A DNA stretch of 61,990 nucleotides, counting the filler. It is 6 parts of 6 records of this genome, joined end to end, with 100 filler letters (N's around TTAATTAATTAA, not from the genome) between each part and the next. Parts side by side here need not be neighbours in the genome. Positions count along the whole stretch, not along the records: positions 48,901 to 55,398 come from DRR723986_2961; positions 55,499 to 61,990 come from DRR723986_2975; 4 more parts are not named here. One strand, written 5' to 3'. Each line of letters opens with the position of its first letter. Positions within the stretch are counted from its first letter, which is position 1. Below are positions 50,226-60,828 of this stretch, in pieces. The position numbers and the translations under genes are program-made. The notes under the pieces were generated by a model. The model ran no database searches and was not told the DNA's origin. It saw only the letters and a program-made list of their open reading frames with translations.

Positions 50226-51266
50226 TTACTGACCGGACTTCAACATTTCCCAGTATTTGGCATACACCTGCAGCGCCTCGTCGCCAATGTCGGTCTGGAA
50301 CTCGGCATTGATCATGTCGGTGGCGTTGGGGTAGCTGGCCCGGTCGTTCGCAACGGCGTCATCCAGCAGATCCCGGGCCGCCAGGTTGGGTGTGGCGTAG
50401 CCGATCTCTTCGCTGATCAGGGCCGAGATTTCGGGCTGCAGCACAAAGCTGATGAACTGGTGAGCGGCTTCCGGGTTCTTGGCGTTCTTGGGAATCACGA
50501 AGCTGTCCAGCCAGGCGATGATGCCTTCTTCCGGATACACGTATTCCAGGGAATCCAGAGTATCGCGGCCCATGACGGCTTCGCCGTTCCAGATCATGCC
50601 CACGTCGGTTTCACCTTCCAGGTACGGCATGCGGGGGGCATCCGAGTTAAAGGTACGCACAGACGGCATCAGCTCGGTCAGCTTCTCATAGGCTTCCTCG
50701 ATTTCCTGAGGGTCAGTACTGTTACCGGAGTAACCCAGTACCCGCAGGCCCACGTGGAAGACTTCACGCATGTCGTTGGTCAGCATGACCCGGCCTTCAA
50801 AGCGCTCATCCCACAGATCAGCCCAGGCGGTAACTTCGCCTTCCACATCCGCGGTATCAACGGCCAAGCCGGTGGTGCCCCACAGGTAGGGCACGCTGTA
50901 CTGGTTTTCCGGGTCGATATCCAGGTTCACCAGTTCCGGATCCAGGTTGTCGAAACCTTCAATCTTGCTGCGATCGATGGGCATTAGCAGGTCTTCCTGC
51001 CGCATCTTGCTCACGTAGTAGGTGGAGGGCACGGCCAGGTCGTAGGCGGCGCTCTCATCCAGCAGTTTCAGCCGGGCATACATGGCTTCGTTGCTGTCGT
51101 AGGTGGTGTAGACCACCTGGATACCGGTTTCCTCAGTAAAGCGATCCAGAACTTCCTGGGGCATGTACTCAGACCAGTTGTACAGGTTCAGAACCTTGGG
51201 CTCCTCAGAACCACTGCAGCCAGTCAGGCCCACCGCCAGCAGGCCGGCCAGTGCCAGTTTCTTCAT
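50226..51266 (-). CDS. potD: Spermidine/putrescine-binding lipoprotein
   Basis: Lipobox LTGC; YNWSEY, TYDSNE.MY, PSTYY, PYLWGTT, WNGEA, WLDS. Confidence 0.92.
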   Translation of the reverse strand: MKKLALAGLLAVGLTGCSGSEEPKVLNLYNWSEYMPQEVLDRFTEETGIQVVYTTYDSNEAMYARLKLLDESAAYDLAVPSTYYVSKMRQEDLLMPIDRSKIEGFDNLDPELVNLDIDPENQYSVPYLWGTTGLAVDTADVEGEVTAWADLWDERFEGRVMLTNDMREVFHVGLRVLGYSGNSTDPQEIEEAYEKLTELMPSVRTFNSDAPRMPYLEGETDVGMIWNGEAVMGRDTLDSLEYVYPEEGIIAWLDSFVIPKNAKNPEAAHQFISFVLQPEISALISEEIGYATPNLAARDLLDDAVANDRASYPNATDMINAEFQTDIGDEALQVYAKYWEMLKSGQ

Positions 51267-52033
51267 CGTTTGCTCCTTAACAGTATCCATTGAGACAAGA
51301 TCAACATGACCAGTGAGAATACCAGTAGCAGGGTGCCAAGGGCATTCACTTCGGGCTTCAGGCCCACCCGCACCATCGAATAGATGCGCAATGGCAGAAT
51401 TTCATAACTCGGGCCACTGACAAACGTACTGACCACCACGTCGTCCAGTGACAGTGTAAACCCCAGCAGCCAGCCCGCCAGCAGGGCCGGCATGATCACC
51501 GGAATCAGTACCGTGCGGGTCATGGTGAAATCGTTGGCGCCCAGATCCCGGGCCGCCTCCGGCAGGCGTTCGTCAAACCCGCTGAGCCGGGCCATCACGG
51601 TGATGACCACAAACGGCAGGCAGAAGGTAACGTGGGCCAGCAACAGGGATACATACCCCAGCTGCAGCCCCACCAGCAGAAACAGCGCCAGCAGCGAAAT
51701 CGCCAGGACAATTTCCGGCGACATCATCACCACAAACAGCATGCCATTGAGTACTTTCTTGCCCCGGAACCGGTATCGGTGCAGTGCCAGTGCGGTGAGC
51801 GCGCCGATCAACGTCGACACAGTGGCCGCGGAGAGCGCCAGCCAGAGGGAATTCCACATGGCCTGCACCATGGCCCGGTTGTTCAACAGGGCTTCGTACC
51901 AGCGCAGGCTCAGGCCACCCCATTCGTAACCGGTGCGGGAATCGTTGAAGGAGAACACCACGAGTACCACGATAGGCACGTACAGCAGCAGATACACCAG
52001 CGTCAGGTAGGTGCTGGGCAGCCAGCGATTCAT
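51263..52033 (-). CDS. potC: Spermidine/putrescine ABC permease
   Basis: FSFN.SR, MSPEIV, EAARDLGA, FTLSLDDVV, LPLRIYSM. Confidence 0.92.
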   Translation of the reverse strand: MNRWLPSTYLTLVYLLLYVPIVVLVVFSFNDSRTGYEWGGLSLRWYEALLNNRAMVQAMWNSLWLALSAATVSTLIGALTALALHRYRFRGKKVLNGMLFVVMMSPEIVLAISLLALFLLVGLQLGYVSLLLAHVTFCLPFVVITVMARLSGFDERLPEAARDLGANDFTMTRTVLIPVIMPALLAGWLLGFTLSLDDVVVSTFVSGPSYEILPLRIYSMVRVGLKPEVNALGTLLLVFSLVMLILSQWILLRSKR

Positions 52034-52887
52034 ACACCGTCCTCCCCGATCCGCCGTTTACTCAGGCGGTGGGCGAACATCAGGAACGCCATGGCCAGGG
52101 TCAGCAGGATGCTGGCAGCGGCACCAAAGGGCCAGTTGCGGGCATCCAGAAACTGGTTCTTGATGACGTTACCCACCAGCAGGTTGCGGGAACCGCCCAG
52201 AATATCAGGCACAAAGAACAACCCCATGGCCGGCAACAGCACCAGCATGATGCCCGCCAGCACCCCCGGCAGGGTCAGCGGCACGATCACATGGATAAAC
52301 GTGGACAGGCGCCCCGCGCCCAGATCGTGCGACGCCCTCAGGTAGTCTTCCCGCAGGTCTTCAAACACGGAGTAGAGCGGCAGGATCATGAACGGCAACA
52401 ACAGATACACCAGCCCGATAATCACCGCCCCCTCGGTATACAGCAGTTGCATGGGCTCATCGATCACACCAAGCGACATCAAACCATTGTTGAGCAGGCC
52501 GTTGGTGGCCAGGATCAACTTCAGGGCGTAGGTTCGAACCAGGGAATTGGTCCAGAACGGCACGATAAGCAGGAAGATCAGCAGCACCTGATTGCGTTTG
52601 CCGACCTTGGACAACGCCCACGCAAACGGGTAGCCAATCAGCAGACACACCAGCGTCGTCATGGCCGCCATGTACAGGGAGTGCAGGAACACTTCCAGGT
52701 ACAGCGGATCGAGCAGTTGCCGATAGGCATCCAGGGTCAGCGGCAGCGAAATAAAGGAGCCCGGGTCCCGGGTCATTACACTGGCACCGACCACCAACAG
52801 GTTGGGGGTCAGCACCAGAAACAGCAACCAGCCCCAGACCAGCACCAGCACCGCCGCACGGAACGGCTGCTGTGTCAGGCTACGCAT
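52030..52887 (-). CDS. potB: Spermidine/putrescine ABC permease
   Basis: [32 protein letters not shown]. Confidence 0.92.
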   Translation of the reverse strand: MRSLTQQPFRAAVLVLVWGWLLFLVLTPNLLVVGASVMTRDPGSFISLPLTLDAYRQLLDPLYLEVFLHSLYMAAMTTLVCLLIGYPFAWALSKVGKRNQVLLIFLLIVPFWTNSLVRTYALKLILATNGLLNNGLMSLGVIDEPMQLLYTEGAVIIGLVYLLLPFMILPLYSVFEDLREDYLRASHDLGAGRLSTFIHVIVPLTLPGVLAGIMLVLLPAMGLFFVPDILGGSRNLLVGNVIKNQFLDARNWPFGAAASILLTLAMAFLMFAHRLSKRRIGEDGV

Positions 52888-54001
52888 CGGTGCCTTCTTC
52901 CTCTGGCAGAGCTTCCGGCTCAGTGGGTAACAGCCATTCCCAGCCATCAACCCAGCTCACTTTGACCGGCTCGCCAAGGCGATAGTCGAAGGTAGGGTCG
53001 TCTTCGTCGAAGAATTCCGACGCCAGCACCTCGGTGCCATCCTCAAGATGAATCACCGAATCCAGGGTACTGCCCTTGTAGTTACGTTCAACGATCTTGC
53101 CAGCCACACCATCCTCATCGTCCGGCGCCAGCACACGGATATCCTCGGGGCGCAACAGCACATGCAGGGACTGGCCACCGGAGACCGGGAAATCCGGCTT
53201 GCGGAAGGTACGCTTCAGGCCGAACACATCCACGGTGATAGTGTCGTCGCCGTTGGCTTTGTCCACCCGGCCCGGGAAGAAGTTAGTTTCACCGACAAAA
53301 CGGGCGGTAAACAGGTTAGCCGGGCGCTCGTAGACTTCCCTCGGCGTCCCCAGTTGCTGGATCAGGCCGTCTTTCAACACCACCACCCGGTCGGACATGG
53401 ACAGGGCTTCTTCCTGATCATGGGTGACAAACACAAAGGTGATACCCAGCTCCCGCTGCAGGCGTTTGAGCTCAACCTGCATGGTGCGGCGCAATTTGTA
53501 ATCCAGCGCCGACAACGGCTCATCCAGCAGCAGTACCTTCGGGCGCTTGACCACCGCACGGGCAATGGCCACCCGTTGCTGCTGACCGCCGGACAACTGA
53601 TGCGGCTTGCGCCGGGCGAAATCCTCAAGCTGGACCATGGCCAGGGCATCCTCGACCCGCTCCCGGATTTCCTGCTTCGGCCGCTTCTCCATTTTCAGGC
53701 CATAGGCCACGTTGTCGAAGACCGACATATGAGGAAACAGGGCGTAGTTCTGGAATACCGTGTTCAGCGGGCGGTGTTCCGGCGGGGTGTGAGTCAAGTC
53801 CTGATCGCCCAGCGCGATGGTGCCGTCATCCGGATGCTCGAAACCCGCCATCATCCGCAACAAGGTGGTCTTGCCGCAACCGGAGGGGCCCAGGAGGGTA
53901 ATGAACTCGCCGTCAAAAATGTCCAGATCCAGTGAATCCAGCACTTTTTTGCCGTCGAACTGTTTGGTGAGATTGCTCAGAGATAGCAGTGTCTGTTTCA
54001 T
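52880..54001 (-). CDS. potA: Spermidine/putrescine ABC ATPase
   Basis: [45 protein letters not shown]. Confidence 0.94.
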   Translation of the reverse strand: MKQTLLSLSNLTKQFDGKKVLDSLDLDIFDGEFITLLGPSGCGKTTLLRMMAGFEHPDDGTIALGDQDLTHTPPEHRPLNTVFQNYALFPHMSVFDNVAYGLKMEKRPKQEIRERVEDALAMVQLEDFARRKPHQLSGGQQQRVAIARAVVKRPKVLLLDEPLSALDYKLRRTMQVELKRLQRELGITFVFVTHDQEEALSMSDRVVVLKDGLIQQLGTPREVYERPANLFTARFVGETNFFPGRVDKANGDDTITVDVFGLKRTFRKPDFPVSGGQSLHVLLRPEDIRVLAPDDEDGVAGKIVERNYKGSTLDSVIHLEDGTEVLASEFFDEDDPTFDYRLGEPVKVSWVDGWEWLLPTEPEALPEEEGTDA

Positions 54002-54052
54002 CGGCCCTGCCCAAAGTTTGAGCGGCGTATTTTTCCAGAAACAGACGCAAAC

Positions 54053-54088
54053 AAAAAGGGGCGTGCGGATATTCCCTGACCACGCCCC
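54053..54088 (-). terminator. Probable terminator between dctP and potA
   Basis: GGGGCGTG/CACGCCCC stem followed by T5 on the minus strand. Confidence 0.6.
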
Positions 54089-54133
54089 CTCCTGTTTTCC
54101 AGCCCTGTCAGGCCCGATTGTCACGCAGCGGTT

Positions 54134-55204
54134 TTACTGCTCCGCGACACTGTTCAGATACGCCTTGTCCGAAATGTTAGTCCAGGGGCGCACCTGCTTG
54201 AGGTATTCACGCTGTGAGGTGATGATTTCATTCGCCAGTTCGTCTTTCTCGGCAAATTCATCCAACAGGCGATTGGTGGTTTCTCGAAGGGCGGTAATAA
54301 CCTCCGGAGGAAACACCTTGTGAGTCACATCCGGGTATTCCTGCTTCATCTTCTCCCAGGCCACACCGCTTTCGTGGGTGCTCTGGATATACATGTCATA
54401 CGCTGCGGTACGCATGGAGACCCGCAGGATAGCCTGCAGATCAGCCGGCAGCTTGTCCCAGGTTTTCTTGTTGATCAGGAACTGCACTTCGGCATTGGGC
54501 TCCTGCCAGCCGGAGTAGTAGTACTTGGCAATCTGGTGAAAGCCCATCTGCAGATCCAGCGCCGGGCCAACCCATTCAACCGCGTCGATAGTGTTGCGCT
54601 CAAGCGCGGTATACAGCTCGCCCGGTGGCAGGTTGGTGACCGCCACGCCCACTTCCGACATAACCTCGCCGGCAAAGCCAGGGGTGCGCATTTTCAGGCC
54701 TTTCAGGTCCTCCAGAGACTTGATCTCTTTCCGGAACCAGCCGCCCATCTGATTGGCCGTGTTGCCACCCGGGAAGGACAGCAGCCCGAAGGGTTCATAT
54801 ACCTTCTGCATCAACTCCATGCCGTCGTCGTGGTAGAACCAGGCATACATCTCCGGCGCAATCATGCCGAAGGGTATGGTGGTGAAGTACATGGCGTTGG
54901 GAATGGTGCCCTTGTAGTAATAAGAGGCGGTGTGGCCCATGTCGTACTGGCCGTTACGAACCAGATCGAAAATACCGAAAGGGGCCTTGTGCTTGTTGGA
55001 GGAATCAATCCGGATCTTCAGCCGACCGCCGGACATTTCCTCGGCCATGGCCGCCATGTTTCGGGGCGCATCCCCCAGCAGGCCGGAATTTGGCCCCCAG
55101 GTTTCCGCGAGACGCAGGGTAAAGGTTTCTTCAGAGACCGCGAAAGGGCTGGCCAGCAGGCCAAGAGTGCTGACCGCCGCCAGCAGGGTTTTACGCAGGG
55201 ACAT
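54134..55204 (-). CDS. TRAP transporter substrate-binding protein (DctP/TakP-like)
   Basis: Signal peptide; HTASYY, PFG, GNT..QMGGWF.KEI, LKGLKMR, GELYTALE, EWVGP, GWQEP. Confidence 0.9.
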   Translation of the reverse strand: MSLRKTLLAAVSTLGLLASPFAVSEETFTLRLAETWGPNSGLLGDAPRNMAAMAEEMSGGRLKIRIDSSNKHKAPFGIFDLVRNGQYDMGHTASYYYKGTIPNAMYFTTIPFGMIAPEMYAWFYHDDGMELMQKVYEPFGLLSFPGGNTANQMGGWFRKEIKSLEDLKGLKMRTPGFAGEVMSEVGVAVTNLPPGELYTALERNTIDAVEWVGPALDLQMGFHQIAKYYYSGWQEPNAEVQFLINKKTWDKLPADLQAILRVSMRTAAYDMYIQSTHESGVAWEKMKQEYPDVTHKVFPPEVITALRETTNRLLDEFAEKDELANEIITSQREYLKQVRPWTNISDKAYLNSVAEQ

Positions 55205-55268
55205 AGTGTTGGCTTCCATTGTTATCAGTTTTTGATTCAAATATGCCTGAATGATCCATCATAACGAC

Positions 55269-55304
55269 GAAAGCCGACCGCGCCAATGTGGCGGGCCGGC
55301 TTTC
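55269..55304. terminator. Hairpin terminator after the MCP gene
   Basis: GAAAGCCG...CGGCTTTC inverted repeat 12 nt past the stop. Confidence 0.6.
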
Positions 55305-55316
55305 TTATGAGGGTAA

Positions 55317-55398
55317 TCAGACCTTGAATTGGCCAACCAGCTCGCGCAGATTCTCTCCCAACCGGGCCAGTTCGTGGCTGGCCTCATTGGTCTGGGTC
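55317..55398 (-). CDS. Methyl-accepting chemotaxis protein, C-terminal fragment
   Basis: TQTNEASHELARLGENLRELVGQFKV-stop, a typical MCP ending. Confidence 0.8.
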
Positions 55399-55498
55399 NN
55401 NNNNNNNNNNNNNNNNNNNNNNNNNNNNNNNNNNNNNNNNNNTTAATTAATTAANNNNNNNNNNNNNNNNNNNNNNNNNNNNNNNNNNNNNNNNNNNN
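55399..55498. other. Artificial contig linker
   Basis: N44-TTAATTAATTAA-N44. Confidence 0.99.
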
Positions 55499-55697
55499 GG
55501 CGGCGCGAGGGCTGCACATAGGCGGCGGTCCAGGGCTGGCTGCCGAGGCTACGCAATGTGGTGGCCGGGTGGAACGTCCCTGCCCCAACTTCCATGTCAT
55601 AGGGTTGCAGAATCGCGCATCCGTGCTGCGCCCAATAGTTTTGGAGCGCCAGAATAATCGCTTGAAACGACCGGGGTGTTTGCGGCTTTTCGGACAT
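55499..55697 (-). CDS. glyQ: Glycine-tRNA ligase alpha subunit (3' partial)
   Basis: [36 protein letters not shown]. Confidence 0.96.
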
Positions 55698-55852
55698 GGA
55701 GATCCCCTTTGAACTTGCGCGACTTACCTACGAGCGCAGCCGCGCAGGGTCAATTGCAGCAATGACACATTTTCACCGTGCTTTCCCATGGCATTTTACC
55801 GGATTTCCTGCTTATCTGCGGCGAATTTTGGTGAACGAGAGCTGAGTTGACG

Positions 55853-57649
55853 ATGTTGCGCATTCTGAACGTCCTTATGACAACCCTTCTGGCCGTATTT
55901 CTGGCCGTGCCTGCCATGGCACAATCACAGTCTGATGACGATGTCGTCTGGGTGCAAATCGAGGCGCATCCAAGTCTGGCGGCCGCAACCGAACGTGCCC
56001 GCGATTTCAGCGCACAGTTTGAGGATGTAAACGGCTTTGCCCTTGGCGGTGGCTGGTACGGCATTGCCGTTGGCCCCTATCGCCGCGCCGATGCAGAACT
56101 GGTCCGGCGGACTTATGTGCGGCAAGGGTTGGTCGCGCGTGACAGCTTCATCCAGCTCTCAAGCCGGTTCCGCCAACAGTTTTGGCCGATTGGCGCAAAT
56201 GTGCTGAACCGCGGTGTGGTTGAGGCCCCCGCCAGTGTCGGCGCCCCTGCCCCGCAGACCCCGACCGAAACACCAACCGAGGAAACGGCGGTGCAAGAAG
56301 AAGCGCCCGTGGTTATTGCAGAAGAGCCTGATGAGACCCCACGCGAGGCGCGCCGGAGTGAACAGCTTTTGAACCGCGATGAACGCAAGGATCTGCAAAT
56401 TGCACTGCAATGGGCCGGATATTACAACGCTGCCATTGATGGCGCCTTCGGGCGCGGCACGCGCAATTCGATGGCCGCGTGGCAAGAGGCAAACGGCTAT
56501 GACGTCACTGGCGTTCTGACCACCCGCCAGCGTGCGGCGCTGATCGGGCAATACAACGCGGTGCTGGACGGTCTGGGCCTGCAAATGGTCCGGGACGAGA
56601 CCGCAGGCATCGAGATCATGATGCCCACTGCCGAGGTTACCTTGGCACGCTATGAGCCGCCTTTTGCCCATTACGACAGCACCGGCAACATCGGTGCCAG
56701 TGTCTTGTTGATTTCGCAGGCCGGGGATCAGAACACGCTCTTTGGTCTTTACGACATCATGCAGACGCTTGAGATTGTGCCGCTCGATGGCCCACGCGCC
56801 CGCAAGAACAATTCGTTTGAATTGATCGGCGAAAACGGCAGCATCATCAGCCAGACACAGGTATCGTTGCAGAACGGCCAGATCAAAGGCTTCACCCTGA
56901 TCTGGCCCGCCGGGGATGAGGACCGCCGCCGCCGTGTTGTGGCAGAGATGTCCAAAAGCCTGACCCGGCTGGACGGCACCCTTGATCCCGCAGCGGGCGG
57001 CAGCGACGCGCAGGCGATTGATCTGGTGGCGGGGCTGAAGATCCGCCAGCCCAAGATCTCGCGCTCTGGTTTCTTTATCGACGGGCAAGGCACCGTTGCC
57101 ACCACATCCGAGGCGGTTCAGGCCTGTACGCGCGTAACGCTTGATGGCGACACGGAGGCAGACGTTCTTGCCGATGACAGTGCCAGCGGCGTGGCGCTTT
57201 TGAAACCGCGCGACCGCCTGTCACCGATGGCCGTGGCCCGGTTTGGAAGCACCCCGCCCCGCCTGCAATCCGAAGTCTCTGTTGCGGGCTATTCCTACGA
57301 AGGCGTGTTGAGCGCGGCCACCTTGACCTTTGGCACCTTGGCCGATCTCAAGGGTCTGCGCGGTGAGGAACACCTGAACCGACTGGCGCTGGCCGCGCAG
57401 CCTGGCGATGCCGGCGGGCCGGTCTTTGACGTCAGCGGCAATGTTCTGGGCATGCTCTTGCCCAACGCGCAGGGCGGTCAGCAATTGCCGGAGAACGTCA
57501 GCTTTGCCATTGAGGGTGCCACGATTGCCGAGCTGGTACAGCAGTCCGGTTTGAGCCTGACACAAACGGACAACACCGGATCCGTTGCACCGCGCGATCT
57601 GCGGATCGCGGCGCAGGGCATGACGGTCTTGGTCAGCTGCTGGGAATAA
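55853..57649 (+). CDS. Exported SPOR-like + peptidoglycan-binding + trypsin-like protein with a degenerate catalytic triad
   Basis: Signal peptide; WVQIEA...WYGIAVGPY; LQIALQWAGYY...IDGAFGRGT; SGFFI...TTSEAV, GVALL, PGDAGGP. Confidence 0.82.
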   Translation: MLRILNVLMTTLLAVFLAVPAMAQSQSDDDVVWVQIEAHPSLAAATERARDFSAQFEDVNGFALGGGWYGIAVGPYRRADAELVRRTYVRQGLVARDSFIQLSSRFRQQFWPIGANVLNRGVVEAPASVGAPAPQTPTETPTEETAVQEEAPVVIAEEPDETPREARRSEQLLNRDERKDLQIALQWAGYYNAAIDGAFGRGTRNSMAAWQEANGYDVTGVLTTRQRAALIGQYNAVLDGLGLQMVRDETAGIEIMMPTAEVTLARYEPPFAHYDSTGNIGASVLLISQAGDQNTLFGLYDIMQTLEIVPLDGPRARKNNSFELIGENGSIISQTQVSLQNGQIKGFTLIWPAGDEDRRRRVVAEMSKSLTRLDGTLDPAAGGSDAQAIDLVAGLKIRQPKISRSGFFIDGQGTVATTSEAVQACTRVTLDGDTEADVLADDSASGVALLKPRDRLSPMAVARFGSTPPRLQSEVSVAGYSYEGVLSAATLTFGTLADLKGLRGEEHLNRLALAAQPGDAGGPVFDVSGNVLGMLLPNAQGGQQLPENVSFAIEGATIAELVQQSGLSLTQTDNTGSVAPRDLRIAAQGMTVLVSCWE

Positions 57650-57719
57650 GGTCTGATACGCTGCAGGGCTTTGAAGTCTTCGGAGAGAACGGCTGACACT
57701 GCAAAAGAACAACGCAACT

Positions 57720-57757
57720 CCCCGGAGTTTTCAAAACCTCCGGGGCGTTCTTTTTTT
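57720..57757 (+). terminator. Rho-independent terminator between convergent genes
   Basis: CCCCGGAG/CTCCGGGG stem followed by a T-run. Confidence 0.75.
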
Positions 57758-57769
57758 CAAAAGATCGGG

Positions 57770-59380
57770 CTAAGCGGTCAGCGCCGGTGTGAGATAGATC
57801 AAGGTCGGTCCATCGGCATCAAAAGCCGCCGATACCGCGCTTTGCATCTCGTCCAGTGACCCCGGCGCAACGGCCCGCGCGCCAAAGGCTTCGGCCAGTC
57901 TCACAAAATCGGGGTTCTGCGCAATCACCGCATTGGGCGCGATCTGTGCGCCGACCATACTGTCTTCGATCTCTTTCAGCTTGCCATTGTCCCAAAGGAT
58001 GATCGGCAGGCTGAGGCCCAATTCCACAGCGACGCCCAGTTCCTGCATCGTGTAGTGAAAGCCGTAATCGCCAATGATCGCCATCGTCGGTTGCCCGCGC
58101 CGCGCCACCGCGCCGCCAATTGCCGCTGGCGTGGCATAGCCCAAGGTGCCAAAGCCATAGGGGTGGTGCCAATGGCCGGGGCGGTCCATATCCCAGACCT
58201 CTTTGGCGACATAGGCAAACTGGGTCATGTCCGAATAGATCATCGTATCGGCTGGCACCGCCGCCCGTAGGGCGTCACAAATCGGTACGATGCCCGGACG
58301 CTCCGCATCGGTTTCGGCCCGCCAGCGGGCGCGGGTTGCAGCCACCTGTTCTGCGGACCATTCACTGCTGCCTGCTCCGTCTGGCATGGCCCGGGACAAT
58401 GCAGACAGGAACGCTTGCGCGTCCGCGTGGATGGCAAAGCTGGCCCCCTGCGGATCGCAGAGCACTTCAGGGTCCAAATCAACCCGGATCATCGGTGCGG
58501 TGTGACCCAAATGCGCCCGCCACAGATCGACCTCCACCAGTTCGGTGCCGACCGCCAGCACCAGATCAGTTTCGGCCATCACTGCGGCGCTGTCAGCCCG
58601 CGCCAGACAGGCTCCGAAATGCAGGGGCGCATCCGGCCCGACGACCCCGCGCCCGGCATAGCTGGTTGCGGAGGCCGCGCCGCTTTTGCGCAGCACCTCA
58701 CGCGCGGCATCGGAGGCCTGCGCCGCCCCGCCACCAAACACGATCATCGGCTTTTTCGCTGCCGCCAGCATCGATGCCACCTCCGCCACGTCATCGGCGT
58801 GAGGCGCGGGTCTTTGCCGTTTTGATGTCTGCACCAAATCCGCCGCGGGCGCCTGCGCCTCCAACTGCGCAATCGGCACCTGAATATGCTTGGAGCGTGG
58901 GCGTTTGGTCTCAAACTCGACCAAGGCACGGTCAATCAGCGCATAGGCCGCGTTCGCCGACAGGGCCGTTTCGGACCAATCGCACACCGTGCCAGCGGCG
59001 ATTTCCTGATCCTTCATCTGGTGCAGTTGCCCGCGCCGCGCCGCTGTTTCATCGAGACAGGACGACAGCACCAGCATCGACACCGAATCCGAATAGGCCT
59101 GCCCCATCGACGTCATGATGTTGCACACCCCCGGCCCGGTGATCACATAGGCCACCCCCGGCCGCCCTGTCGCACGGGCATAGCCATCCGCCATGAACCC
59201 GGCACCCTGTTCGTGACGGGCCAGCACATGGGTGATGCCTGCCTCCTCAATCCCGCGATACATTTCCTGATTGTGCACCCCCGGAATGCCAAAGATCACA
59301 TCGACCCCGCGATCCTTGAGCATGTGAGAGATTTGCGCACCCAAAGGACGGGTGCGGTCCGCGCCGGTTTGATCAGCCAT
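57770..59380 (-). CDS. ThDP-dependent enzyme, 5-guanidino-2-oxopentanoate decarboxylase (AruI)-like
   Basis: FGIPGVHN, RHEQGAGFMADGYAR, GQLH, DMTQ, GFGTLGY, GDYGF...WDN. Confidence 0.8.
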   Translation of the reverse strand: MADQTGADRTRPLGAQISHMLKDRGVDVIFGIPGVHNQEMYRGIEEAGITHVLARHEQGAGFMADGYARATGRPGVAYVITGPGVCNIMTSMGQAYSDSVSMLVLSSCLDETAARRGQLHQMKDQEIAAGTVCDWSETALSANAAYALIDRALVEFETKRPRSKHIQVPIAQLEAQAPAADLVQTSKRQRPAPHADDVAEVASMLAAAKKPMIVFGGGAAQASDAAREVLRKSGAASATSYAGRGVVGPDAPLHFGACLARADSAAVMAETDLVLAVGTELVEVDLWRAHLGHTAPMIRVDLDPEVLCDPQGASFAIHADAQAFLSALSRAMPDGAGSSEWSAEQVAATRARWRAETDAERPGIVPICDALRAAVPADTMIYSDMTQFAYVAKEVWDMDRPGHWHHPYGFGTLGYATPAAIGGAVARRGQPTMAIIGDYGFHYTMQELGVAVELGLSLPIILWDNGKLKEIEDSMVGAQIAPNAVIAQNPDFVRLAEAFGARAVAPGSLDEMQSAVSAAFDADGPTLIYLTPALTA

Positions 59381-60828
59381 CAGGCCCTCCAGAATTTAAC
59401 GGTGAGAATGACGTAGACCGCCATAAGTTCGAGACGCCCGATCAGCATTGCGGCTGTCAGAATCCATTTTGCAGTGTCATTGAGGCTGCCGAAATTGCCC
59501 GACGGGCCGATAATGTCGCCCAGCCCCGGACCAATATTGGCCAGCGCCGCCGCCGCACCGGAGACCGAGGTCACAAAATCCAGTCCCGTCATGCTCAGCG
59601 CCACAGCCACCAATCCCATCGTCACCACAAAAAACATAAAGAACGACATCACCGAGCTTAAAACGTCTTGCCCCACAGGTCTGCCGTCATAACGGGGGGT
59701 GAAAATGCCATGCGGCGACCGGATGCGTCGCAATTGGGCGCGGATCGAGGCAAACAGCAGCTGGTAACGGAAGATTTTGATCGAACAGGCGGTTGACCCC
59801 GCGCAGCCGCCAATCAGCCCGATGAAAAAGAACAGCGCCACCGCGAAGGGGCCCCACTGCATATAATCAACAGAGGCATAACCCGTGCCCGAGATAATTG
59901 AGGTGATGTTGAACAGCGCCTCTCGAAAACTGCGTTCCCAACCAAAGGAAAAGGTCTGTTGCAACGAGATGACAATCACGGCGACGAGGATCACGATGGT
60001 CACCAGGAACCCACGCACCTGCGGATCGCGGTGCAGCGCCAGCGGGTTGCCATTGATCAATTGCACATAGCGCACGAAGGGCAGTGCCGCGAGGATCATA
60101 AATACCGTGGCCACATATTCCATCGGCCCCGAAAACGCCCCAAAGGAGGCATCGTAATTGGAAAACCCACCGGTCGAGATCGTGGTCAGAGCATGTACCG
60201 TGGCGTCGAACGCATTCATCCCCAGCGCGAGATAGCTCAGGATACAGCCCATGGTCAGCCACAGGTAGATCACCGCGATCTGGGTCGCGATTTCACCGGC
60301 ACGGGGAAGGATTTTGCCAAAGGTATCAAACCCTTCGGAGCGGAAGATTTGCATGCCGCCCACCTTCAGCTCTGGCAGGAACACCATTGCCACAACAATG
60401 ATACCGATACCGCCCAGCCATTGCAGAATACCGCGCCACAAGAGCAGCCCCTTGGGCAAGCTGTCCAGCCCCGACAAAACCGTGGACCCCGTCGTGGTCA
60501 GCCCTGACATCGCCTCAAACACCGCGTCAGTGACGCTGGAGTTCGTCTCGCCCAGAATGAAAGGCAACGCACCAAACAGCGGCAGCATCAGCCAGACACC
60601 CGTGGTCAGCAAGAACGTCTGTTGGATCGTCAGCCCTTCGCGCACGCCATTGGAACAGGCCAGCGCAATCATGCCGCCGCCCAGCGTGGTGATCAAAAAG
60701 GTCTCGACAAAAACAAAGGCATGGCCGCGCCCTTCGGCCAGATCAACCAGCATCGGCAAGAGCATGAAAAGCCCCAGCACCGCCACCAGCAGTCCAACAA
60801 CATATCCAACAGGGCGCAGATCCATCAT
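59380..60828 (-). CDS. trkH: TrkH potassium uptake membrane protein
   Basis: SGLTTTG, QWLGGIG, STGGF, GTGY, GGCAGST, NIGPG, GRLE. Confidence 0.94.
   Translation of the reverse strand: MMDLRPVGYVVGLLVAVLGLFMLLPMLVDLAEGRGHAFVFVETFLITTLGGGMIALACSNGVREGLTIQQTFLLTTGVWLMLPLFGALPFILGETNSSVTDAVFEAMSGLTTTGSTVLSGLDSLPKGLLLWRGILQWLGGIGIIVVAMVFLPELKVGGMQIFRSEGFDTFGKILPRAGEIATQIAVIYLWLTMGCILSYLALGMNAFDATVHALTTISTGGFSNYDASFGAFSGPMEYVATVFMILAALPFVRYVQLINGNPLALHRDPQVRGFLVTIVILVAVIVISLQQTFSFGWERSFREALFNITSIISGTGYASVDYMQWGPFAVALFFFIGLIGGCAGSTACSIKIFRYQLLFASIRAQLRRIRSPHGIFTPRYDGRPVGQDVLSSVMSFFMFFVVTMGLVAVALSMTGLDFVTSVSGAAAALANIGPGLGDIIGPSGNFGSLNDTAKWILTAAMLIGRLELMAVYVILTVKFWRA

Noticed and set aside
25537-55498. 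Five identical TTAATTAATTAA palindromes flanked by N runs, as a biological repeat family
   Set aside because: Each is exactly 44N+12+44N, stops all six frames, cuts genes mid-frame and separates different taxa, so they are concatenation linkers.
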